DNA from: Conidiobolus incongruus B7586
Lineage: Eukaryota
Length of the DNA stretch: 20,000 nt
Direction: 5' to 3'
NCBI GenBank assembly: GCA_000697335.1
Contig: JNEM01013874.1
Location: forward strand, 61,548-81,547
Both the position numbers and the translations under genes were made by a program. Each line of letters opens with the position of its first letter. The stretch's first letter is position 1. Shown here one piece after another: positions 9,696 to 20,000 of this stretch. Below the pieces are notes generated by a model. The model saw only the letters and a program-made list of their open reading frames with translations. It had not been told where the DNA came from and did not search any database.

Positions 9696-9932
9696 TTAAT
9701 AATAACCTCCAGGAACTCTAACAGCCATATGGATAGTAGATGAAGGAGTAATGTTATAGGAACTCAAGAAATAACCATCAGTTAACTGCTTAGCATTATA
9801 TATAAACCTTACATTGGTTAAGTCATTATTCATAAAGCTTGCCAACTGTTGTTTAAATTGTTGTACAGTTAATCCGGGTTGAAGTTGATAAGGGAAGGTT
9901 TTTCCATTCATATTTTTGATAAAAATTTGCAT
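9696..9932 (-). CDS. Divergent ubiquitin-like protein, 78 aa, with Gly75-Gly76 and a YY extension
   Basis: Gap-free alignment to ubiquitin (MQIFIK..GKT, RFIYNAKQLTDG..LSSYNI..SSTIH..RVPGG), 29/76 identities by hand count. TATATATA about 65 nt upstream. Confidence 0.88.
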   Translation of the reverse strand: MQIFIKNMNGKTFPYQLQPGLTVQQFKQQLASFMNNDLTNVRFIYNAKQLTDGYFLSSYNITPSSTIHMAVRVPGGYY

Positions 9933-12140
9933 ATTTAATATCAGTTCTCGATTAGCAAAGAGAATGTTTTAATAAAAGGACAATCTTATTTCGGTATATA
10001 TACATGATTGAAAGCTTGAGCTAAATCAGTAATATCATTGATCAATTACTTGAGAACCACCATCAGTGATTAAAATTTTATATCACCAATATTGTAAGAT
10101 AATATTAAAATTTCTCATGAAATATTAAACACACTTGAAATAGTATGAATTATAAATGATTTTACATTTATAATTATACTGGAATTTAAAATGAATATAA
10201 AAATATATTATTGATATCAGATAATCAGTAATAATATAAAAATTTATTATAATATGATAAAATCCAATAATCAAATTATACATTATACTGTAATTGTATT
10301 AAAATTCAATATCATAGTTATCAAATATCGCTAATTAAATACTAAAATAGATATCATACTTGATCAAAAAATGCTTATTTTCACTGGTATATTCATTATG
10401 TACTTGGTATCTAATTCACAATATATTCTAATAGCTTGATCAATGACTAAAATTTAAGGTATTTAGGGTACTAGAAGACTGTAAATAATCTGAGCTATTA
10501 CTGATCTAATATAGCATTCTCAAATCAGATCATTTAATTATATAATTATTCATTTGATTTTATAGGATTATTTATTTTTCTCCAATTTTTTTCATGTAAT
10601 ATATTTTATCATTACATGCTTCTTAAAGTTGATTTAATGCCACTAAATAAATTCTTTAGAATTTTTTGAAATTTAAACTTTAATTTCAAAATACAATTAA
10701 AGCTTACGAATATTTCATATTATCTATATAAATCTAGAACAAAGATATTTTAATATTTACATATGGGATACATTATTATTCTAAGTTAAATATTGCTAAT
10801 AAATATTGAAATTGATAACTCTGAATTACAATGGTTATTACCATCATTTGTTTAATTAATGTATATTAATTATTACAATCATAACACTGAATTTATAAAT
10901 AAAACTACTAAACAAAGTATACACTGAATAATACAGAATTTGAAGGAATCAAATAGCTTTTATTAAACCCATCAAATGTATTCAAAAATTTTAAACTAGA
11001 TAAGCTTGATTTCAATATTAAAACTTTGATAGATAATGTAGCTGGAGAAAATTCTATTATACTTTAATTTAGATTCTTCAAATTAAAATTAAAATTAATT
11101 AACATTCTATTCAAAAAATGCTCAAAAAACATTAAGTTATCTACAGTAAATTCTAAGTCAAATTCAGTTTTAAGTACTTCGCCATTTCTTAAGGCAATTA
11201 TTGTGACATCAGCGCCAAGGTTAAAATTTGAATATATCATTAAGAATATCAAATCAAGGGTCAAGGGAATAATGGGAAATTGATTGCTGTACTATGGTAA
11301 TATAGTTTTGTTTCAAGAATTGATAAAATAGATAGTTAATGGAGAGTGAAGAACTGAAATTTATTTCTCACAATTATTCTAATGACTGGAAATTTTTTGA
11401 ACTTGGTAGTGAGTATGAGCTGGCTATAATTAAATAGTTAATGAGCTATCATGTGTTCATATTAGAACCACTCTATTTTACTAAAACTCTCATAATTGCA
11501 CTTTATCGCTATCACTCTTAATTAGCTGATATCATTTTTTTATTATTTTGGTATAACACTTGATAGCTTAATTATGCATGGACCAAACGTTGGGCTGAAA
11601 TCATACTTGGATTACTCGATTATCATTATTCTATAATAAAGATAAGAAAATTCATTACTTATATCATATTTTTATTTATTTATCACTTTATAATTTACAA
11701 GTAACCCAACTTGATAGTTCATTCAAATCACATTAATTGATATTAAGATTTGTAATACTATTATCTTGTATAAAAATGTATTCAATTGATAAGCCAAAAA
11801 TAATCAAAAATGCTTAGGAATACACATATTGAGTTATATATTACATATTGTTGTCAATTAAATATTTTTAATATAATAAACGAGTTAAAATATAATTTCA
11901 AGAGTATATTTTGATTAGTGAAAATTAGTATTGAGATTAGGTTTACAATCCCATATTTAGTAAAATACATTAATAATTCAAGGATGCTTTAATGATTTGA
12001 TATCGACGGTATACTTAAAAATTATGGAAAAGATATTATAGACTACATCTTTATCATCACTGTCATTGGCATGAGCTCTCGAAAAGCTATAATAATCATT
12101 TTTCCTGTAATGCGAGCTGTGATAGCTTAAACAAGCTAAC

Positions 12141-13240
12141 GAAGAGGGGGGTATGCTAGGCAAGTCCTCGCGCGATAGCAGTAGCTACTGTGCTCTTAGA
12201 AAGTTGAGTAGTTTATGGAACAGAGACTCAGGTGAAGTAGAACAGGTTATTTATTAACATTCAATGGTATGAGGCCTATTACAGGTAAAGAGAACAAAAA
12301 AATTAGGAGGGAGAAAGGAGGATTATTAGACCAAGAGAAATTGAAGCAGGAGCGAAATCCTATTAAGGTGAGCATTCGTTGTATCATAATAGTCGTAGCT
12401 TCTAGGTTAGGGCATGAAGTTGAGACAATGGAAAAAGTGTATTTTTTCACATCTTGACAATCGCATATTAGTTATTGCTCTTCAGATTTAATATTCAGGG
12501 TTTGATAAATTAATTGCTAATTAATATCTTAATATTTTGAATATTGGTTTTGTAGTAATATTATTACATCATCTGAGCAATGATAAAATTTATTATTATT
12601 AATTATCAAATTTATCTATAAAAAGATTTTAAAGGCTTGATATATTAAAAATTTATATTTTAATTCATTATTTTATTCAATATTCTAAAGTAATTTTAAT
12701 ATCAATAAGAATGTTATATAAAATAAAATATATCATAATATTGCGGGTAAATTATTCTATTACAGTTTCTATTGTAACAATATCTGAAATCATTTATATA
12801 TTGATAATGATGGGGAATAATGCTGTCCATCACTCAAGAAACTCCAATTGCCACACCGATTCAGGGAGTCACATTGGAGGTACCTCGTTTCGTGAACTGG
12901 CTGTACCTATCACTTCTGCCCGTAAGTCATTTATGTCCACAAAAATCAACAATGGAAATTAATATAGATTATCACAACCAAATTAATAAACACATCTTGC
13001 TACCTTCATTTCAAAAGTATCCATTCTCTAATTTTTTCTTGTAACACTCACAAAAGTATTGAGTATTTACTCTATTCGCAGTAAGCCATTTTCACCTAAT
13101 TTGGTGAACCCCATTAATTTCACGTAATTTTGTGGTAACCTATTGTTTACCACTGGCGATTCCCCGCTTAAGCTCTTAAAACCTATTTCCTCCAGCAGTT
13201 ACATTTGTTAATAATAAACAACTTGATTACCCTAACATCT
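12141..13240 (+). mobile_element. Possible degenerate LTR-retrotransposon relic(s)
   Basis: GC-elevated patches without an intact ORF. Polypurine tract GAAGAGGGGGG (12141-12151) followed two nt later by TG at 12154. TGCTYHFCP (12896-12922) resembles the Ty1/copia protease DSG(C/A)xxHMCP motif but is broken by stops and frameshifts. Confidence 0.3.
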
Positions 13241-13540
13241 CTATGACCATTTAAATAAAGAAATATTAAGTGAAAATAATTATATTAATGTTAATATATA
13301 AACATAATTAAAATCATTCAATTATTTGGAGAGTGAAATACATAATATCAATTGATTAAAGTTGAATTTACTATTTCCTTTTGCTTTTGTGACTTTAACA
13401 AATTAATAAAATTATTTATAATTTAATTATATAATAATTTAATTGGTGATGAATATGTCAACTATATTTTGAAAATAATAAAAATAAATTCACTGAAGTA
13501 TGAGTAAGAAAGTAATATATTTATTAAACAAAAGTATAAT

Positions 13541-13774
13541 TTAACGGCCTCTCCATAATTTGTGATAGATTTCAATTTCACCTTTTGGGCCAATATTATA
13601 ACTAGCTACGGTACGATCATGTGCCATCTTTTGGTTGTTGTGAAGTAATTCAATATGTTCATAATGCTTGTCAATAGAGAATCCAGCTCGGTATCTCAAA
13701 TCATCAACAGTGATATTAGATTCCACATCCATTGGAATTTTAACGCCATCGTGATCTACTAAAGTGACTTTCAT
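13541..13774 (-). CDS. Highly divergent ubiquitin-fold protein, 77 aa, no C-terminal di-Gly
   Basis: MKVTLVDHDGVKIPMDVESNITVDDLR...IELLHNNQKMAHDRTVASYNIGPKGEIEIYHKLWRGR has ubiquitin-like length and pattern (DVESNITV vs EVEPSDTI; DRTVASYNI vs GRTLSDYNI). Confidence 0.75.
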   Translation of the reverse strand: MKVTLVDHDGVKIPMDVESNITVDDLRYRAGFSIDKHYEHIELLHNNQKMAHDRTVASYNIGPKGEIEIYHKLWRGR

Positions 13775-15586
13775 TTTTTGATTTTAATTTGGTTTTGACC
13801 AATTAATTTTAAGTTAATTAATCTAACAGATTAGCTTAAAATTTTATGGGAGCTGAAAGGAACATATTTAATAATATCTCCCATTAATAAACACGGAAAA
13901 ATAATGACTGCAATCATATAACCCATTGCTTATTCACAAAGTTGTAATATAACAAAATTATCTCCTCTTAGAGTTAGCTTCTTGGAGGTGATTAATGATA
14001 TCTAAGTAGATGCTCGCATACTTTTTGTCATTGAAGAGCCAAATTAATACTAATTAATTATTTAAAGCATTTCCAACTCTAAGAATCAATTTTCATTTAT
14101 CATTTACTAGTTCAAAGGTATTGAATATTGAATGTAGAATAATAATTAATAACTATTGATTATAATTGTTTATTCAAAATTCCACATACACTTATTTTAT
14201 AAAAATAAAGTCACATGGAATTTTTATTTCACCTCCAAACAAAAAATATTTTTTGAAATATTTTATTTACACTGAACAATATTGATTTATCATACAACTA
14301 TAATATTTTAGAGCTCATATTATTTACCTGACATTAATTTAAAATATTTGTCCACAAATGATAATTAATACGACCAAGTTTTAATATTTATTAATAATTT
14401 TTTGACACTTGAATCGAGAAACTTCGTATATTATTTTTATGCTTTTAAAAATTTTAATCAAAAATAACATAATTTGATGATTGACACTTATTACTAAATT
14501 TTTATTTTTATTTTGATCTAACCATATTTTATATTATAAAAATATACCAGATTCGTAGCATATCTCTAAATGAAATATATAATAAAAACGATAAATAGTA
14601 TATAATTTTGAATTCCAATAAATCTTATTTATATGATAATACAAGCGGCTAAAAGTATATCAAATAACTTTTAAAATATATTGAGCAGTTATCTTATTGA
14701 ATAATTTATTAATTTCTTAATGAATATGATCATAACAAACTCAAAAGAAAATGGTCAATTCAGGAATATTTTCATATAATAATACCATTACTAACCAATA
14801 TTGGTTTTGAGCATATTTATGAAATATAAAGTCATAAATTGATAAAATAATTATTGATGTACCATTCTTATTATCTTTATGTATTCATTATTTTTATTAA
14901 AGGTGAATCATTTGAAAATTTTTTGACCCATATATTTATTATTTTCATTTGGATTTTTTATTGCAAAAGCCTTCAATAGAATTAGATACTATTAAAATGA
15001 TGAACATATAATATTTATTCATACATTATGTTTTGAATATATTCAAAAATTGGATTATTTTAAATATAAATTATATTATCTTTTAAAACTGACATTTTTC
15101 TAAATACAAATTTTATCAATATTTCAAAAAAAACTTATTTTACCAATATCTGAATATATTCTATATCAATTAATTTAATATCTCTAAAAGTATATTTGAA
15201 AACACTAACACTTTTATAATATTAATTACTAGTCATAGATATACTACTTTATAAATTCATCAGTTTCAATGTTATAGTTGAAAAATATTTCAATTAAAGA
15301 TTTTCATTTATAATTTTAATCAATTATCATAATTTGCATTATTATCAGATGTATTGGACCTGGACACCGACTTTGCTTCAATATATTAATTAAACTAACT
15401 ACCAAATTATCCATAGAAAATTTATAATATCATTAAGTAGAGTAATGTATAATAAATGAAGTAAATAGTATGATTTGATTATTTATTATATACTTTAGAA
15501 AATTAAAAAAATTATTTAAGAAATATTTGCTTGAAGATCTTTTGTAATTTGCGTTACCATATTAGTCATATACCTCATTAGTTTCT

Positions 15587-16411
15587 TTAATAGCTGTAGT
15601 TTTTACTCTTTCCTTGATTATAAGATTCGCTATAGCTGCGATTATAACCACCGTATTCTTTCGATTTGTCCTTAGAATCGTAGCCTCCACTGTAACCACC
15701 ATAATATTTGGATTTATAGCGTTTAGAATCATAGCCACCGCTATAGCTATCATAATCTTTAGAATCGTAGCCACTGTATTTAGATTTATAGTCTTTAGAG
15801 TCGTAACCATCATAACCTTTAGAATCGTAGTCACTATTATTACCACTATAATCTTTGGAATCGTAGCCACCACTATAACTATTCCCATATTTATCATTAT
15901 AGCCTCCGTCATGATATCTTTCATAATCGTTGTATTTGTCGTAATTGGAGTAATCGTCATGGCCTCCATAATATGGTCTAGAGTTTTCGTAGTCTCCTCC
16001 ATAAGAGTTGTATCCAGGGTAGCCACCTTCATATGAACTGTAACCATAATCATCTTTAGGATAATAGTCACCATTTTTACCGTAGGAATCACGAGAGTAT
16101 TGATCATTGTAATTAATATCATCTGGCTTTCCTGCGGCTTCTATCTTCTTATCCAAATCAGCAGTTGAATCCTCGGATGTTTCATTAGGTTTAGCTTCGA
16201 CTTTTGTTTTGGCTTCTTCTCCTTGCTCTGGGTTATTACGATTTGATCTAAGCTTTCCTTGATACAGGGATCTTAGTAAAGGAGATTCTACGCATGGAAC
16301 AACTTTAAGAACATCATTCAATACACAATTGACTGAATCAACTATGGGTCCAATCACTGAAGCATCCAATTTCAAATTGAACAAAATCGAAATGAGTAAT
16401 AATCTATTCAT
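15587..16411 (-). CDS. Secreted Tyr/Gly/Asp/Ser-rich repetitive protein (about 274 aa from the ATG at 16411), intronless
   Basis: Signal-peptide-like MNRLLLISILFNLKLDAS, a short two-Cys segment, a charged linker, then a long Y/G/D/S/K low-complexity region with six YDSK repeats. TATAAA about 60 nt upstream. The ORF-track start at 16420 is a TTG. Confidence 0.82.
   Translation of the reverse strand: MNRLLLISILFNLKLDASVIGPIVDSVNCVLNDVLKVVPCVESPLLRSLYQGKLRSNRNNPEQGEEAKTKVEAKPNETSEDSTADLDKKIEAAGKPDDINYNDQYSRDSYGKNGDYYPKDDYGYSSYEGGYPGYNSYGGDYENSRPYYGGHDDYSNYDKYNDYERYHDGGYNDKYGNSYSGGYDSKDYSGNNSDYDSKGYDGYDSKDYKSKYSGYDSKDYDSYSGGYDSKRYKSKYYGGYSGGYDSKDKSKEYGGYNRSYSESYNQGKSKNYSY
15660..15880 (-). repeat. 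Coding tandem repeats (G)GYDSK(D/G/R)Y
   Basis: Plus strand repeats of ...tttagaatcgtagcc... and variants, six copies with variable spacers. Boundaries approximate. Confidence 0.75.
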
Positions 16412-17279
16412 AATATTCAATAATCAATTATTATAATTGATATTGCATTAAGTTGAATAATACAATCATATTTATACTCAAACTTGAAATATAACTTAGG
16501 TATTGTGATTTTTATTATTTGTTTGTAATCTACTTAATTCAATGTGAATATACTAATTTTAACTTGAGTAAATTCCAACAGTGGTCAAATGTTAAGTGAA
16601 ATTGTTTTTGGTTCACATTTTTCTTACCCCACCCATTCAAAATGTGTTTAAATAGTCGATCATATATATTCATTATTAAATTCTAGTAGAATTGAATAGG
16701 TTTCTTTATATATATATAATTTTATACTCATTGAATTTATTAGAATGGATTTATTTTATATTTTATATTAGATCATATTGAGTTTGATGCTTTTTACTTA
16801 TCTGTATATCTAAATTAATTGTAATTATGTGTTAATAAATATATATAAATATATATATATATATGATCAAAAGAAAGTTCTGATCAGTATGAGATATATT
16901 TCGTCTTTTCATATTATCATTTAAATAATTAAAATTAAAAATTGTGTTTTTTATAATATTTTTTAATAGAATAACATTTTGTTCGTTTCTTTTATTTAAA
17001 AAACTTTAGTTATTATGAATTAAATAGTAAAAAAATTAGAAGCGTTATTGTGATCTAATCAAAATTATTTAAAAATAGTAAAACCTATTGAATATCATTT
17101 ACTTAATACATATTTAATATATATCATATGAAATGCATTAAAATTTAGTATTTAATAATTAATTTTTAATGAATTTCAATAAAATAATCCCACATTTTTA
17201 GATATATTAAAATTGATACAAATAATTTTAACAAATGAAATCAAATCAAATTAGAGGATTAAATCAATGATAATTAAAA

Positions 17280-18125
17280 ATGAATCGACTAAGAACACTT
17301 TATAAACCATTAAAAAATAATTTTAATTTAAATCAATCTGTTTCAGCTTTATTTGTCAGAAATCAATCTACTCAATCCCTTCCAGATCCTTATCCCGAAA
17401 CTTTTGGAGCTCAATTTGGAGCTAGTCGTTTACAAGATTTTTATCACAATGTCCTTCAAGAAGATTTAATGGTTCTTAAATATCAGCACCAAGGCGCTGA
17501 CTTTATTCCTACTGCTCCTGAACCTAAGGTTAAAACTCATTTCACCGGTCCTAAATACGATGAAAATCGCATGAAGATCTTAACTAGAGGAAGTATCCAT
17601 TCTCGTCGTCCTCCTGTTGTACCTGTCCATTCTATGAATATTCCTGAGCTTGATTTCATCACTGTTCAAACCATGATGCCTGAAGCTATTGCCAGTAAGC
17701 ACAATTTATTGAGTGCCTTCCTTATTTTGGAAACCATTACAGGTGAAGTTCCCAAGACTATCTACTCACGCAGTAATGTTGCCCTCTGGAAATTGCGTGC
17801 CGGTATGCCTATCGGTGCCAAAGTTGTTCTCAGAGGCGCCCAAATGTACCAATTCTTGGACAAATTGGTTGAAGTAGTCCTTCCCAGAATCAAGGAATAC
17901 AAAGGTTTCAGTGTTTACTCTGGTGACGGTACCGGTAACTTGGCCATGGGTTTCCCCAAATCTGCCGTCGGTCTCTTCCCCGATTTAGAAATTATTTATG
18001 ATACTATTCCCATTATCTCAGGTTTTCACGTCCAATTCAACACCACTGGTCAAAGAAATCATGACGCTAGACTGTTATTAAGTGGGTTACAATTACCTTT
18101 TAATCCTGAAATCAAGAAAAATTAA
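17280..18125 (+). CDS. MRPL7: Mitochondrial large-subunit ribosomal protein uL5m (yeast MrpL7 type), 281 aa, intronless
   Basis: Basic, Ser/Leu-rich presequence-like N-terminus. SRLQDFYHNVLQEDLMVLKY, LETITGE, WKLRAGMPIGAKVVLRGAQMYQFLDKLVEVVLPRIKEYKG, GDGTGNLAMG and ARLLLSGLQLPF are typical of fungal uL5m. Confidence 0.93.
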   Translation: MNRLRTLYKPLKNNFNLNQSVSALFVRNQSTQSLPDPYPETFGAQFGASRLQDFYHNVLQEDLMVLKYQHQGADFIPTAPEPKVKTHFTGPKYDENRMKILTRGSIHSRRPPVVPVHSMNIPELDFITVQTMMPEAIASKHNLLSAFLILETITGEVPKTIYSRSNVALWKLRAGMPIGAKVVLRGAQMYQFLDKLVEVVLPRIKEYKGFSVYSGDGTGNLAMGFPKSAVGLFPDLEIIYDTIPIISGFHVQFNTTGQRNHDARLLLSGLQLPFNPEIKKN

Positions 18126-18293
18126 ACAATGTTAGAATATATTAAACACTAATTATTTTTGAAACTCAACTTAATATTATAATAATAACAATAGAATTTA
18201 TTTAATCAAAACTTATTTTATTTTTCAAATATTGCCAATCTATAGCTATCTTAATATTGGTATTCTGCGATTCGTTTATTTTGTTTATTAAAT

Positions 18294-18322
18294 ACACACA
18301 CACACATATATATATATATATA
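18294..18322 (+). repeat. Compound (AC)n(AT)n microsatellite
   Basis: A run of AC dinucleotides directly followed by a run of AT dinucleotides, in the intergenic space between uL5m and SMU1. Confidence 0.8.
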
Positions 18323-18574
18323 ATATACTAAATTAATAAAATTTAATCCAATTATATATATTAAATATAAAGATATTAACGATATCTAATTTAAAATATA
18401 TAAAATCTGTATCAAATCCCATAACAAGTTTTCAAACAAATGATTACATTTAAACTCTGACCAACGAAAGCAATTTGTATTTAAAATCAAAATATTCAAC
18501 TAAAATAGGAATTAAATCTTAGTAAATATTGATTTAAATAGAATATATATTAAATTTTTGAAATTTTGATAAAA

Positions 18575-20000
18575 ATGGACAAAATTGAAATTGAGAGCAG
18601 AGAGTAAATAAATGATTCATTGAAATTTATATATTCTAATTAATATTATTTTTTAGTGTGATAAAATTAATTCAACAATTTTTAAAAGAAAATAATTTGA
18701 TAAGCAGTTTAAAAGTGCTTGAGGTATTTTTTGAAGAATAAAGTTTTTTTTACTACTATTTTATTAATCAATAGCCTAAAATAGCAAGAAACTCAAGTTA
18801 GTTTAAATACAGTTGAAGATATCAATAAATTAAAGAACCATATAATTAAAGGGGAATGGGATTTAGTTTTAAGTATTTTAAAACCTCTCACGTTACCACC
18901 TGCATCATTGGTCGATTTGTATGAACAGGTACGTCATCATAGGATGCTTTTTTGAGTCGCTTTGAATTGAATATAATTTTAGATTATTTTAGATCTTATC
19001 GAATTAAAGGAAGTAGGAGCTGCTAGAAGTTTATTAAGACAGAGTGATCCTATGAATTGTTTAAAAGAATCTGACCAAGATAGATATTTGAAATTGGAAG
19101 GATTTTTAGCAAGGACTGAATTTTCTTATCATATGGTAAACCTGATTTCAAAACATGTTAAATAATCAATTAATTTTATGATTCAGTATTTACCTTCTGG
19201 AACTACGAAAGAAATGAAGAGAACGTCGATTGCTGAAGGTAATAGCTTTCACTTCCAATGCTTTAATTTTGCTAATTGATTTCAAAGATTTAAGTAGGGA
19301 GGTGATCAATGTACCTCCTTCAAGGCTTTTGACACTTCTCAATCAGTCTATTATTTACCAAGTACAACAAGGATTAATTAATACTGATCAACCATATGAT
19401 TTATTCCAAGGTGACGCTAAATTCCAACAGACTGGAAGAGATGAATTAATTGGAAACTTACTAAGTACTATCAAAGTAATATCATATATTTAATTTTGCA
19501 ATTAATTTATCACATTAATCAATATCACAGTTTCCTAAAGGACATCATCCAGAATGTAGTAAATTTTTATCCAACCAAAATAGCCTCATAACTGGTAGTG
19601 GTGATGGATTAATTGAAATTTGGAATGGTTTCAATGGAAAACTCAGGAAGGATTTATCTTATCAAGCCAATGTAAATACAATAATTTAATATTTTAATCT
19701 AGTATTGATTATTTTAATTAGAAACAATATATGGTGATGAGCGACGCCGTATTAACCCTAGCACTGAGTACAGATAATGAGCTGCTAGCCACGGGATCTA
19801 AATCGGGAGATATCACTGTAATACTAACATTATAATTATTATCATAATCATTTTACTAATTAACTATTTTAGGTATGGAAAATCAGTACAGGAGCTCCAA
19901 TTAAATTCTTCTCTCAAGCTCACACTGATGGTGTCAGTACAGTAGAATTTTCTAAAACCCATTCCAATACCATTCTATCAGGAGGCTTTGATGGTGTAGT
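18575..20000 (+). CDS. SMU1: WD40 repeat-containing splicing factor SMU1 (LisH-CTLH-WD40), 5' part, runs off the window end
   Basis: Exons 18575-18603, 18657-18723, 18785-18928, 18983-19135, 19187-19238, 19288-19475, 19531-19671, 19722-19817, 19873->20000 give MDKIEIESRDVIKLIQQFLKENNL...VSLNTVE...[29 protein letters not shown]...VPPSRLLTLL...GSGDGLIEIWNGFNGKLRKDLSYQA..., all characteristic SMU1 motifs. Confidence 0.95.

Noticed and set aside
12850..12905. HTDSGSHIGGTSFRELA as an integrase catalytic motif or trypsin GDSGG site
   Set aside because: Only a partial resemblance, with no other catalytic residues at the right spacing. It also conflicts with the copia-protease reading of overlapping bases.
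14740..15420. GPGHRLC (about 15356-15376) as a cytochrome P450 heme-binding relic
   Set aside because: Lacks the preceding Phe and the Gly after Cys-x. Upstream ExxR/PERF equivalents are not convincing and the region is full of stops.
15562..16122. 186-aa minus and 140-aa plus ORFs rich in I/T/M/V
   Set aside because: Alternate-frame and antisense products of the Tyr-rich repeat gene.
1..20000. Prokaryotic systems (CRISPR arrays, operons, riboswitch at moaA), tRNA/rRNA genes, alternative genetic code
   Set aside because: Genes carry spliceosomal introns and translate cleanly with the standard code. No repeat-spacer array, cloverleaf or rRNA-like sequence was seen.

Overview
Very AT-rich eukaryotic DNA with short (about 49-62 nt) GT-AG spliceosomal introns. 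The gene content and intron style suggest an early-diverging fungus such as a Zoopagomycota/Mucoromycota-type lineage; this is inference, not a search result. Conserved genes, with exons spliced by hand: prefoldin subunit 5 (minus, 6 exons), a stand-alone MoaA/MOCS1A GTP 3',8-cyclase (minus, 8 exons), an NmrA-like atypical SDR, mitochondrial ribosomal protein uL5m, and the 5' part of SMU1. Accessory genes: a Cys-rich putative GPI-anchored protein, a secreted Tyr/Gly/Asp-repeat protein, a histidine-phosphatase pseudogene, and a local group of divergent stand-alone ubiquitin-like genes (two intact, one decayed) around probable retroelement debris. The two most notable signals are (1) a textbook U12-type AT-AC minor intron in the prefoldin 5 gene (4055-3972), implying a minor spliceosome, and (2) a 78-aa ubiquitin-colinear protein, about 38% identical to ubiquitin by manual alignment, with G75-G76 plus a YY tail. 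The latter looks like an uncharacterised conjugatable modifier.
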